From: Amoebidium appalachense
Taxonomy: Eukaryota > Protista > Ichthyosporea
Assembly (NCBI GenBank): GCA_963693365.1
Contig: CAVNZM010000003.1
Location: 1,948,768 to 2,012,767 of the forward strand
Reading direction: 5' to 3'
DNA length: 64,000 bases
Shown here piece after piece: positions 1-16,530 of the stretch. Both the position numbers and the translations under genes were made by a program. The first letter of the stretch is position 1; the number at the start of each line of letters is the position of its first letter. The notes under the pieces were generated by a model. The model was not told where the DNA came from, made no database searches, and worked only from the letters and a program-made list of their open reading frames with translations.

Positions 1-69
1 GGGGGGGGGGGGGGGATGATGAAAGAGAGAGAGTGTGTGTGTGGAGAGAGGGAGGGAGGGAGAGTCTGC

Positions 70-377
70 ATCCATATTTTCCTTGCTTCTGCTTACTGCT
101 GCAACTTTAACCCCCGGCCTTTCCCACTGCCCTTGCTTGCATAAGCAACCCTGCTCGTCTCTGATCAAGACGGGTGACCTACCCGTGTTCAAGTGAAACA
201 GTATCTGAGTTGGGGTTCGTTAACGAGGTGAATAGGTCGAAACTCGGGTACTGCGGATGACGTGGGCCCCCCCTGAGGATGGGCTCTGCTTATTATGCAT
301 ACTCTTTATGTATGGCTTGCATTCTGCATCGTGTTATCCGTTTGTTCTTGTGTACTTCGTACTTTTTGACGCATTCA

Positions 378-380
<3 letters not shown>
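70..380 (+). mobile_element. Interspersed structured repeat family, copy 1 (probable non-LTR retroelement/SINE 3' end), followed by poly-C
   Basis: Near-identical to 3792-4102 and homologous to 42891-43175. Ends in GCATTCAAAC followed by a C-run. Confidence 0.75.
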
Positions 381-410
<30 letters not shown>

Positions 411-598
411 AGCCCCAACTGTCCCCACCCCAACCCACCCAAACTATTATCCCACTCCCCCCTTCCGCAAACTCACATCCCCACCTCCCTCTTCCCCCCC
501 CCCCCCCCCCCAAAAAAAAAAAAACAAAACAAAAAAAACAAAAAAACTATATACATATATTAAATCTACCACACACCTAAACATACACACATTCACAG

Positions 599-5490
<4,892 letters not shown>

Positions 5491-5740
5491 TTATTATTTG
5501 TTAGTATTGCTGTTATTCCCTGTTGTATTATTAATTAGTTTAATTTGCTGTTATTTTTTTGTGTGTGTGGGTGTCCGAGTCCGGTTTGACGGCGACATGT
5601 GCATGATTATGTGTGATTGGGTACCGAGTGAACAAGCGTGTTGCTTGTGTATGAATATTTGTTGTGCAAATGTGTGTGTGTGTGGGGGGGGGGGGGGGGG
5701 GGGGGGGGTGGGGGGTGTGTGTGTGTGTGTGTGTGTGGGG

Positions 5741-5771
<31 letters not shown>

Positions 5772-5986
5772 TGCTATCAGTTTGCTTAACGTTGACGTCT
5801 AATTTAAATTTATTACATGTGTCCACTCGGTACACTGTCTCAACCGCCATACGAATAACTAGTGTCCTTTATAATATAATTAACTAGAGTGACTAATGAT
5901 CTTTGCATATATATTATCACAAAATCCACTTCCAGACTAATTATTGTTCACCCAACTCCTTCGGTCAACACTTATAACCCCCCCCT

Positions 5987-6021
<35 letters not shown>

Positions 6022-6248
6022 CTCTCTCCAAAAAAAAAAAAAAAAAAAAGAAAGGAAAGTGAAAAAGGAATAGGCTAACCTTCATAACACACATTTTAGA
6101 GAGAACTTAAAGAACATTGTCTTTTCACTTCTTATGCTATCGATCAACAACAAGTGTTCTCTATATACCCACACCTGAAGTGTTCGCTCCTCTTATGCCA
6201 CTAGCATTCGCCTATTCCCCTACACACAAGACGATGACCCTTCCCCCC

Positions 6249-6296
<48 letters not shown>

Positions 6297-6509
6297 GTTC
6301 CCCTGCCCTCCCCTCCCAACCGCACACTCACTCACACGCACAAAGAGGGACACACACACGCAAAAAAAAAAGAAATAAAATACCATAGGTACACACCCCT
6401 GCCACAAATACAAGACATGGTCGTCTACATAACCTCCACCTTATATTTATAAACTCATCAAAACCAAAGGCAAAGCATGAATTCCCATGTCTATGTATCA
6501 TTTTCTCCC

Positions 6510-7163
6510 CTAACGTCCATGATAGTACTCTGGGGGTGCAGGTGCTGAGGGGGCATACGTTGTCGACGCCCTCACATTAATCTCCCTTTCCCTCTCCCTC
6601 TGCTTGCGCGCACGATATACCACATACGCGCCGATGCCACACAACATGAAAGAATTGCTAACGTTCTCCACAGCAGCTGACACACCCGTCAAAAGCGCAA
6701 GAAGCCATCCCGTCTTTTCTGGAATCGCCCTACCGGAATGCCGCTCATAACGACACATCGTCCCACCAAGCAATACAAGCAACCCACTTGTCATCCTTGG
6801 GCGTGTGCCAAGCAGAAGTTGTGTCCCCCCTAGAGCCATTAGCAGGTGTCCGGGACACGTGTACCAAGACCCGTGTGGGGGTGCAGAAACATCTACTTCG
6901 TTGGGGTTTGCGTCGGTGTGAAAATGGGCGAAAACATCGTACACAGCGCGGTATGCCTGCATGCATTGCTCACATAGCTCGTCTGTGGAGGGAGGCGGAT
7001 CCGTTGAACGGCGGCTTTGTGTGTTGTTGGATAGTGGTCGTTCGTGAAATTCATTTTGTTGAGCAGGCTGTTGGAGTGGGGGGGCTTCATCGAACGAAGG
7101 GTAGAGTTGGGATGTTGGGCGTAAAGGGGCCGCACCACTGCCTCCGTTCGGCTGAGTACACAT
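6510..7163 (-). CDS. Intronless 217-aa hypothetical membrane protein with LYPxF, PSAP and PPEY motifs
   Basis: Repeat-free ORF with AAAAATG start context, a Pro/Gln-rich N-terminus, several short hydrophobic segments, a basic stop-transfer stretch (YRARKQR) and a C-terminal YAPSAPAPPEYY. Confidence 0.72.
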   Translation of the reverse strand: MCTQPNGGSGAAPLRPTSQLYPSFDEAPPLQQPAQQNEFHERPLSNNTQSRRSTDPPPSTDELCEQCMQAYRAVYDVFAHFHTDANPNEVDVSAPPHGSWYTCPGHLLMALGGTQLLLGTRPRMTSGLLVLLGGTMCRYERHSGRAIPEKTGWLLALLTGVSAAVENVSNSFMLCGIGAYVVYRARKQREREREINVRASTTYAPSAPAPPEYYHGR

Positions 7164-8175
7164 TTTTAAAAGGTTTTTACAGGAGTGTTCTGATGTTGAG
7201 GTAGGAAAAAAAGAGAAGGCCCCAATCGGTGCTCTTGCTTGTGTTTCTCGCTAATGTTACCGTTCTCAGCCTTGTCGGCGTTTTGTTGTTGTTGATGCTG
7301 ATCGGACAATTTTTAGGGTCAAATTTAAGACACATGAACTGCGTTGAATACAGAATCCTTTGCTTTCGTTCTCTTCCTGCGATGCCTAATGAAAAACGAA
7401 GAACATGTTTTATACCTTACAAAAGCCAGCCTGCTGCAGTGAAGTGACAAAGCCCGCCCAAGTGACCCAAGTGAAAGATGTGCTTGTATCTCCCTAAACT
7501 ACATGAGTATCTCATGAATATCTTGCTCGGCCTATTGCACTATTGACTGGCTTACTGCTGAAACACAAAGGCCTTAGTTGAAGCTCAAATATAAAAACAA
7601 AAACACTATTCATTTTACTGTTGCTATAACACTGTTCAGTTCCATGTTTTTGAGTAATCCTTCCACCACCACTGTCACGGCGCTGTGACCACAATAACTA
7701 CTTTTTTTTTGCGGTTATCCCAAACCAAACGTCAATCTTCCTGGATGACTGCTGGAATGTGAGAGGTGCACCCACAACCAATCAAAGACATTATCAAAAC
7801 GCTTTATTTGGTTAAATTTGATTAGTGTCCAAGTAGCCAACAACTTGGCTGAGTCAGCATGAGTGAGGGGATGGCGTTCCGAACCTGGCATAGCGCACAT
7901 GTGCGAAAATGAAATATTTTGTGCACGGCGTTTTACACGCACACACACACGCGTGCACACACGCACAAACACGTGCACACACACACACGCACACTTTACA
8001 CACACACACCCACGCACACGTGCGCACAAACCCGTGCAGGCAATTCCTCCGTGACATACGTACGTACTGTACACACACACACAAAGCACGTACATGACAA
8101 TACACAACACAAACACGCGCACACCCACACCCACACACACACACACACACACTCACACACACACACACAAACACA

Positions 8176-8213
<38 letters not shown>

Positions 8214-8599
8214 GTACACACACATGCACATACGTTAAGTCGCCCACACACTCGTGCGCGCAAACCCGTGCACGTGCAGGCAAATGCAATGCACACACGT
8301 GCACACACACGGTGTACACACGGTGGAGGGCCCGGGAGGGGGGTGGGTGGGGGGGAGGGGGGGGGGGGGAGGGGGGGGGGGGGGGGGATGGCCATGCCAG
8401 CTAATTATCATTATGCCGCAGCAAATTATTATTCCAGATTACTCCATCAAAAATGAAGCAAAAACAATTTACTGCAAAGAAAGCTTTGGGAAAAAAAGAA
8501 AAGAATAAAAGAATAAAAAAAAGAAGAGTATTGTCACGCTTGAACGTAACATAAAAGGGCGAAGGGAGAAATTGGGGTTTACGCTGTTTACTGAGCGGG

Positions 8600-8600
<1 letters not shown>

Positions 8601-8670
<70 letters not shown>
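8601..8670. repeat. Uninterrupted 70-nt poly-G tract
   Basis: Seen directly; representative of the many G/C homopolymers in the window. Confidence 0.9.
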
Positions 8671-8672
<2 letters not shown>

Positions 8673-8928
8673 GGTAATATTATTCGATCAGAATCATTCT
8701 TGGCCTGCACATCACAGAATTATTATGCGTTTTGCAGAATGAATCGGCGAGAACAGAAATAATCTGCAAAAAAACAAAAAGGAAAAAGCATTCTGCCTTT
8801 TGACACGGCAGAATTATTTCTGTGCTGAGCACATATACTACGGCCTATGATGATTTACCCCCCCCCCCTTCCCCCTCCCCCCGGGCCCCCCACCGCCCCA
8901 CCCACCCACCCACCCAACCCCCGCCACC

Positions 8929-8985
<57 letters not shown>

Positions 8986-9739
8986 ACAACATGTACACAC
9001 ACACCCTCCAGAGTCCTCCTTCCCAGATCCTTTCAAATCTAAATCCAAAATGAAAACAAAAAAAAACGGGGGGGGGGAGGGGGGAGGGGGGGCGTGCACG
9101 CGGCTGTGCGACACATGGGCGTGCATGCGTGCGTGCGTGTGGGTGTCTGTGTCGAAGGCCCGGGGGGGAGCAAGGGGAAGGGGAGGAGGGAGGGGAGGGG
9201 GAGAGAAGGGGGGATCACTTGCTCTTATATACATATGACAACTAACCCCGTTTCATGAGCAGGCCGTTAAGTCAAGCAAGCAAGTACGTTTGCATCTGAA
9301 TACCACTAACAACTTCTGAATCTCCATTTATTCATTTTTAAAGAATAACCGTAAAACCATTTTAATTTTAAGCGAATAACCGTAAAACTTGATTGCTGCC
9401 ATTCACGTGCACACCAACGGTACAAGCGTGCGCGCGCTCACGCACACGCACACGCACACGCACACACACACACACACACACACAAACACATTACACTGGC
9501 AAATGCACCCCCCCCCCCCACCTTCCCCTCTCCCTCCCGTCTGCGCACCACCCTTTACTTACATAACAAATCGAAGATTCCCCTTTCTCAGTAACTGTTA
9601 GCTAACACTGAGGAAGAACGGGGGTTTAGGTATTCGCCGCTTAGTAATGATTGTGTTGTCACGGTGTTTGTGTGTGTGTGTGTTGGGGGGGGGGGAAGGG
9701 GGGGGGACTTTGCGTGTGAACGCTTTTTGTTTGGCGGGA

Positions 9740-9776
<37 letters not shown>

Positions 9777-9789
9777 TTCGGGATTTATC

Positions 9790-9843
<54 letters not shown>

Positions 9844-10410
9844 GTGCTTGTTTTGGAAAACGTGTGTTTATTTGACTGTTTCTGCCCCGCTTCCTCCCCA
9901 TTTTTTGGTGTGTATAGGTGTGGTGGTTTGGTAGTGGTGGTGGTGGCGGTGGTGTTTTGTGTATGTGTGTGTGGGTGGGTGGGTGTCTGAGGGTGGGGTG
10001 GGGGTGGGAATTAGGGGGGGGGGGGAGGGGGAGGGGGGGGTTGACTTGCTCTTCTGACAACTGGCCGTCTTCCATACCACTTGCATAAATTTAATCAAAA
10101 ACACGTACGGCCTTTTCTATTGGAACTCGATAAAATCGAATTACCCACACCCAAAGAATTACTAGAATAGTTTACTCAATCCAGTTTTTATAATGCAATT
10201 TATCTACGTGTTTTTGACTCACAACAATACTAAACATTCAGGTAATAGCCAATAGTATTAAGTAGAATGTAGCATCGGCATTCTGTCGTTAGAATAATAT
10301 GGACATTAAGACATGACCTATGTAGAGAAAGACAAAGAGGCTAGAACCCCAATCCCCCCCCCCCCCCCCCCCCCAAAAAAGAAAAAAAAAAAAAAAAACA
10401 ACCAAGAAAG

Positions 10411-10443
<33 letters not shown>

Positions 10444-10559
10444 CCGGGAGCTTATCTTCCTCTATACATCCGCGGTACACCCTCCCTCCCCCCTCCCCCT
10501 ACCCCACACCCACCCACCCACCCACACCCACACCCACACCCACCCACACGTACACACAC

Positions 10560-13118
10560 CTATTTCTTCATTCCGCCCTTCTTTTTCGCCTGCGCCTCCA
10601 ACTCCATCGCCCTCGTTATATGCGCAATCATTCTCCTTCTCGCCCCCGCCATCACAACCTTCGTCGTTCCGGGGGGAAAATTCACAATAATCCGTGGAAC
10701 CCCCGAAGGATCGATATCGAGTAAACTCAACGCTAACAAATTAATTACTTCTTCGTCCGGTATCGTGTGAGTACCCTTTTTCTTTTTCTGTACCTCTGTC
10801 GCATGCACAGGTACAGGCACAGGCGCAGACGCATGCGCATGCGCAGGCGTCCCCTCCCCCTCTTCCTCCCCTCCACTCTCCTCATCCTCCCCTCCTTCCC
10901 CCCCGTCTCCTCCCATTTCCCCCTCCAATCCACCCTCAAACATCCCATCCCCCTCACCCCCATCCTCCCCATCCCCCTCCCTATCCGACCCGTCCGACCC
11001 CACATTCGCCGCATTTCCACCCACCTTGCCCCCCATGACCCCTGTCTCCCTCTCGAAACTTCTCGTTATTACCTTCTCTTCCGCCGTTTTTTCTCTCCCC
11101 TCTGCGTTCGTTTTCGCTCCTCCCTCCGCCATTCCGTCCAGTTCCATCAAAGCCATTGCCGCCCTTCTCGCGTCTTCGCTCAACCCTGCACTCTCCGTCC
11201 TGTCCCCTCCTTGGACCCCCCCTTGACCCCTCCCAACCCCCGCCACTACCCCCACACGTGTATCCACCCATCCCCTCGGTCTCACGATCGTTTTCGGTGC
11301 CGTGTTCGTGCTTTTTGCCGTTCCAAACACAACCTTAATCCCCGAACGTGTTTTAGGTTCCGCCGTCGCCGTCGCCGTCGCCGCGGCCGCCGCCGCCGAC
11401 GTAAAACCTGCTGTTGTCGTGCGTGTTGGTGGTTGGGCTAGTGCATTTCCTGTTCCCGTGGATGTGGTCGTGGTGGTTTTCGTTTTCGCCGTTGAAGAAG
11501 AAACATTGTTGTTGGTTGTGAGGGGCGGCAAAGGTCCCAACTCCGCGCTCGTGCCTCGGGCGGCCGCGGGTCGGGTCGCGTTCACAGGCCGGGCAGCATC
11601 CGACGTCACTCCTTCCGAGTCGCTCCGGAGCCTGGACCCTCTCTTCGTCGTCGGGTCATCGGCGTCGCTCGCCGTCGATTTTCGTTTCGCCCTGCTCCTC
11701 TTCTCGGGAAGCCCGTTGGGGTGGCATTCCTTGCACGTGTTTTTCGCACGTAAATGTTGACAATACATGCTCCCCCCGCAGGGCCGACACGTCGCGCGCT
11801 GCCTCCCATGCACGCAAAACACGCTCCCACCGCACTCGCGACAGAGATGCTTCTGACGGAGATGCACGCAGAAATGCTGAGGGGAACATGTGGGACACTT
11901 TCCCCGTAACTTGTCATGTTCGCAAATCTTGGACCCCCCACACGGTACGCAACTCGCCCTAAACCGATTATGCTCGCACCATCTCTCTGGGGAACATGTC
12001 CGGCACGATTTCTTCTTTATCCCATGCTCGCACATGCCCTTTGTAGCTGCGCATTCTGCACAAGCCTTCTTTCGATTTCCATGCGCACACTTCCTCACCC
12101 CGGGTCGGCAAATTTCGCACCCACGTATCGCCTTGCCATGTTCGCAGAAAAATTTCGGTTGGCACTCTCGGCACAACGTGTCGAGATTATTGTGGGGGCA
12201 CACGTGGGGGGAGTGACACTTGGATCTATACACGCCATGTTCGCACATTCTCCGTTTTCGTCTCGGCATAATCACTGCTTCCTTGCCATCTTCGTTATCC
12301 GTACTCACGTCTTCCACCCCGGCCCCTCTGTCCCCCTCCCGGCCCTGTTCCCCCGTGGGGTGGTCCCTCTTCCTACTCTCTCCCAACCCGAATCTTAGCA
12401 CGTCCGCAGCTTCGTTTTCGTTGGCGCTCGGGTTCTGTCTCGGTTTGGATGCATTTGCGACGGGCGGCATGTTAGTGGGCGGGTTGGGTGGTTTCTTTAA
12501 CACGCCCGCACTGTGTGCCTCTCCCTCCAATAACCCCTTTGGCCCCACATACGTTGGAACGAACAACATCTCTTTCCCTCCCTCCTTGTTCGTTTTCGCC
12601 TGCGGTTTCTTCCCCGGCCGCTTGACGATTGCCGCCAGGTGAGTTTTCTGTTCCTCCTCCTCCGCCACTTTTTTCGCTTCCAGGCGCTGACCTACAAAAT
12701 TACGCAAAATGCTCAAAGATGGTGTGGGGGGCTGTGACGTCGAACCATCGATGCCTGCAGGTGTGGTTGCTTCGGGTGGAGGAGGGTCTGTTCGAAGGGC
12801 GGGTCCAGAGATTTTCGGACGAAGGTTTGACGTAGGAGGAGGAGGAGGAGGAGGAGGAGCAGGAAATATGTATGGGAAGGGAGGATAGAACGTAGGCGGG
12901 AGCGGGAACGTGGTTAGGGGAGGTCCGTCGTGAGGGAGAGCGTCGTAAACGGGTTGTTGGTTGGTTTCAGGCTGATGTTGTTGTTGTGGCGTCTTTAAAC
13001 TTGGTGGTTTGGGAGGGTGGGGGAGGAGACTAAACGTCTTGAAAACGTAGGGGTTTCTGGGCCGTCTACCGCCCGTGCCGCCCGATTTCTCCCGTGTCTT
13101 TTTACTGACCCCTGCCAT
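10560..13118 (-). CDS. Intronless 852-aa protein with ten tandem C-x-H-x6-C-x2-C ('CEHG') putative zinc-binding repeats; probable nuclear nucleic-acid-binding protein
   Basis: Long uninterrupted ORF with the repeat array at about 11722-12245 (the first unit is degenerate). Basic NLS-like motifs flank the array (PRRKRR; KRSRAKRK). N-terminus is Pro-rich and the C-terminal half is acidic/Gly-rich. Confidence 0.85.
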   Translation of the reverse strand: MAGVSKKTREKSGGTGGRRPRNPYVFKTFSLLPHPPKPPSLKTPQQQHQPETNQQPVYDALPHDGPPLTTFPLPPTFYPPFPYIFPAPPPPPPPPTSNLRPKISGPALRTDPPPPEATTPAGIDGSTSQPPTPSLSILRNFVGQRLEAKKVAEEEEQKTHLAAIVKRPGKKPQAKTNKEGGKEMLFVPTYVGPKGLLEGEAHSAGVLKKPPNPPTNMPPVANASKPRQNPSANENEAADVLRFGLGESRKRDHPTGEQGREGDRGAGVEDVSTDNEDGKEAVIMPRRKRRMCEHGVYRSKCHSPHVCPHNNLDTLCRECQPKFFCEHGKAIRGCEICRPGVRKCAHGNRKKACAECAATKGMCEHGIKKKSCRTCSPERWCEHNRFRASCVPCGGSKICEHDKLRGKCPTCSPQHFCVHLRQKHLCRECGGSVFCVHGRQRATCRPCGGSMYCQHLRAKNTCKECHPNGLPEKRSRAKRKSTASDADDPTTKRGSRLRSDSEGVTSDAARPVNATRPAAARGTSAELGPLPPLTTNNNVSSSTAKTKTTTTTSTGTGNALAQPPTRTTTAGFTSAAAAAATATATAEPKTRSGIKVVFGTAKSTNTAPKTIVRPRGWVDTRVGVVAGVGRGQGGVQGGDRTESAGLSEDARRAAMALMELDGMAEGGAKTNAEGREKTAEEKVITRSFERETGVMGGKVGGNAANVGSDGSDREGDGEDGGEGDGMFEGGLEGEMGGDGGEGGEDEESGGEEEGEGTPAHAHASAPVPVPVHATEVQKKKKGTHTIPDEEVINLLALSLLDIDPSGVPRIIVNFPPGTTKVVMAGARRRMIAHITRAMELEAQAKKKGGMKK

Positions 13119-13825
13119 TTCTGTGCTGTTTCCTTCCCCCGTTTCATTCTCATGCCCCTGTGTGTGTGTAGCCCCCTCACCTTCCCCCCCCTTGCTCGTT
13201 TCCTATGCTAGTGTGTGCATCTGATCTAGTGCGTGTGTCGCTTCCGCTTGTTGCGGTTGTTGTGTGTTCTTCCCCTTCAGCCATATTGAGGTATTACTCA
13301 AGCTGCCATACAAACGTGTTGCTTTATCTACCGTTGCATCTACCAATTTTAACAAGACTTAACTAAGCAAAAGGGCTATAGGTTGGTTAATTGTTTGAAC
13401 CAGCTCGTTTTCGTTCCTGATGAACTTGGCTGGTTGACCGTTGGCGCGAAACAAGTTAAAGGAATCAGGTCAGATTGAAAAATCCGAATTGACCCGACTC
13501 GAAACTACTACTGCCTTTAACCGGCGGACTGGAAACGTTGGGAGAGAAATTTTGCAGAGGGACGGAAAAAAAGTAAAAAGAAAAAAAAACCGGATGAAAA
13601 GAAAAAACACGAAAACTAGAGGTTCGACTTGGCACCGAACAAAAGTCGCTGTGCCACTATGCATCGTGCATAGGAAGCACATTGCCATGGGCATGGGGCA
13701 TTGGTGGTGGTCACGCGTAGATTGACAATTGCACCATACCGTGACATGGTCGATTTCTCCCATGTGCCAATGTTTCAGTGTACCATGTGTGTATGTGTAT
13801 ATGGTGTGTGTGTGTGTGCGTTTGG

Positions 13826-13860
<35 letters not shown>

Positions 13861-14672
13861 AGGATTATGTGTGAGTGTGTAAACTTATGTGTGACACTAT
13901 GGTGGGCACGTGTGAGTGTTGATCTCGTGTGTGTGTGTGTGTGCGTGTGTGCGTGTGTGTACGTGTATGTGTGTGCGTGTGCATATGTGCGTGTGTGCCT
14001 GTGTGTGTGTGTGCGTGTGCGCGCGCGCATCGCGGTTGCGTTTGTGCGTGTTGTGTGTGCAAGAGCAAACAAATTCAAACCAGCCACCGTAAAAACAGCA
14101 CGCTCTAATTATGCACCTGAAGTACATGTACAAGGAATTTTTTCCATCCAACCCCCAACTACTTCCACAAAAAGGAAACAAAGTAAGGCTTCTTATTAGA
14201 TTCGTGATCCCATATTATTTTGTCTGCGAATCTTAATGCTACAATTCACTTCTTTAATTTCCACATGCTGTATGCACACATATGGCCGGCCCATTCTCTG
14301 ACCAGTGTCTACGTACGTGGTGTCATGCAGTGCACCGTAGCCCGTGCACATACATTCATCCCCCCCCGCCCGCCCCCCTCCCCCCCCCCCCCCCGCTTCC
14401 CCTTCCCTCCCTCTCGCCCTCCTCCCCTCCCCTCCCCCCCCCCCCCCCTCCCCCCACCCCCTCCCCCCCCTCGTCGGGGGGGCCTAGTTCCGGGGGGGGG
14501 GGGGGGGGGGTGTTCTGGGGTGGGTTGTGAGGTGCGTGTGCATGGTTGGGGTGAGTAGGAAGAAGGGGGGCAGGTCAGTGGGAAGGGGAGGGGGGAGGGG
14601 GAGGGGGGAGGGGGGAGGGGGAGAAGGGGAGGGGGGAGTGTATGGAGGGGGGAGGGAAGGGGGCGGGGAGCG

Positions 14673-14714
<42 letters not shown>

Positions 14715-15728
14715 GGTCTATGCATGCGTGGCGATGTGTGTGTGATGGCTTGTCTTTGTGTGTCCGTTTGTGTGTGTGTGTGCGTCGGGGGAGGGGGAGG
14801 GGGGGGAGGGGGGAGGGGGGGGGGAGAGGAAGAGAGAGAGTGAGAGAGAGAGAGAGAGAGCCTCGTAAGTGAGTGGTAGAGAGAGAGAGAATGAGAGAGA
14901 GAGAGAGACTCTGACGAGAGGGAGAGAGAGAGGGAGAGAGAGAGAGAGAGAGAGATTCTATCTTTATTTTATTTTTATATTTATTTTTATTTTTTAGTAT
15001 TTTTATTTTTTATTTTTTATTTTTGGGGGGGGGGGAGGGATAGTAAGTAAGATTATGACGGCCGAGCAAATTGGATATTGAAATACAAGAAAGCCCCTAC
15101 CCCCGGACCGCCTGTAATCTAAACAGTGAATGAATGGCCCCCGTACACTTGTTTGCTGGTGCTTGACCACACATCATTGCGCATGAAAGCACCCTCTTTT
15201 TGTGAGGAAAAAGGGAAGCTTTATGGATGGCTAAAGGCATGCTAACTGGGTTGGGCGGGGGTGGCGGCCGCGGGGGGGAAGGGGGGAGGGGGGGGGGAGG
15301 GGAGGGGGGGGAATAAATTCTTGCGCGCACTGATAGGGCATTCAATTCGCGAATGAAAAGGCGGTAGTCATACTCATTCTGAACTAGGGAGTAAAAGAGG
15401 AAACGGGTTCCTAGGGGAGGTGTTATTCTTTGATAGCTACACTTGGCATCAATCGGGAATCTACAGAAAGAAAGCCAACAACAGCATGCCATTAATTAAG
15501 ATTAATTAAGATTAATTAGTTGGTCAATTAAAGTATTGGGTGCTGGATGAAAGCGAGCTGCCGTAGCTATGGGGAAAAGAGAGAGGGACGGAGGAAGGGG
15601 GGGTGGATGGGGGAGCATCGTGGAGGGAGGGGAGGGGGGAGGGGGGGCCGGAGGGGGGGGGGGGGGTCTATCAAAAAATGATGGTGAAACTCTAAAGGTC
15701 AGTAAAAGGCCAGGCCTCGGCCGTGTAA

Positions 15729-15915
15729 ATCTGTTACTAGCTAAGTCAGTAGAATAACTTGGGCTAAGTGTGTGCAAATAGTTAGGATTGTTTGAAGGTG
15801 TGTTAGCTTAGCTAATAATACCGTATTAGCTAAGCTAACACACCTTTAAACAATCCTAACTATTTGCACACACTTAGCCCAGGGTATTCTACTGACTTGT
15901 TAGCTAGTAACAGAT
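15729..15915. repeat. 187-bp near-perfect inverted repeat (foldback hairpin; MITE or hairpin-RNA precursor)
   Basis: ATCTGTTACTAGCTAA...GCTAATA-ATACCG-TATTAGC...TTAGCTAGTAACAGAT. Arms are ~89 bp with about 3 substitutions and one 3-nt bulge. Confidence 0.9.
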
Positions 15916-16530
15916 AGTGTCAGGTGGAAGACGGTAGTTCTCCCTGGGTCCCTAGGGAACAAAACGGGATAAAATAAAAAAAATAAAAACTTTGAAAGCA
16001 TGACGAGTCAGATGCATATGCTGCCGTGGTTGGCACGGCAGTGTCAGGAGTTAGCCGTTGAAAGCTTATATTTTTTGTTCGTCAAATTTCAGATGGAAGG
16101 TGCGGGTGCGCAATATGTGCTTTTTCTTTATTTGTAAGAACACGTGCTATTTCAACACACATCATTATGTGACGTCATTAAAATGAGCTGAGGGACACAA
16201 TAACGCGGGAATCTTAATTAGGTATACTATTGTACTAATTCTATATTAACACGGCATAAACATGTGGCGGACTAAATTTGGCACTATAGGTGTGCACGTG
16301 TATATTACATGCTGAAATACAAGGGAACCGAATAACGCTAACTTTAAAGATTTAGATTTACTACATAGCTAGGCTCTGAGTCAGGCTTTCATCGTCGTTG
16401 TCTAAATGATAGTCGCCTAGCATCATGGCACCGTTATACATGTATGAGAACTTAAAAACATTATACATCATAAAAACAAAGTTTGAACTAATATGTCTAC
16501 AATATTTGCCGGGGCCCCTTGTGCCATGAG

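Noticed and set aside
236-290. Possible hammerhead ribozyme (CGAAAC ... CTGAGGA) in the repeat family
   Set aside because: The base after CTGAGGA is T and cannot pair with the C before GAAA. I could not build stems I-III around the core, and CTGA sits in a hairpin loop.
7164-7330. Giant-virus early promoter upstream of the late-domain gene
   Set aside because: Only AAAATTGT is present on the minus strand, not AAAATTGA, and this is expected by chance in AT-rich DNA.
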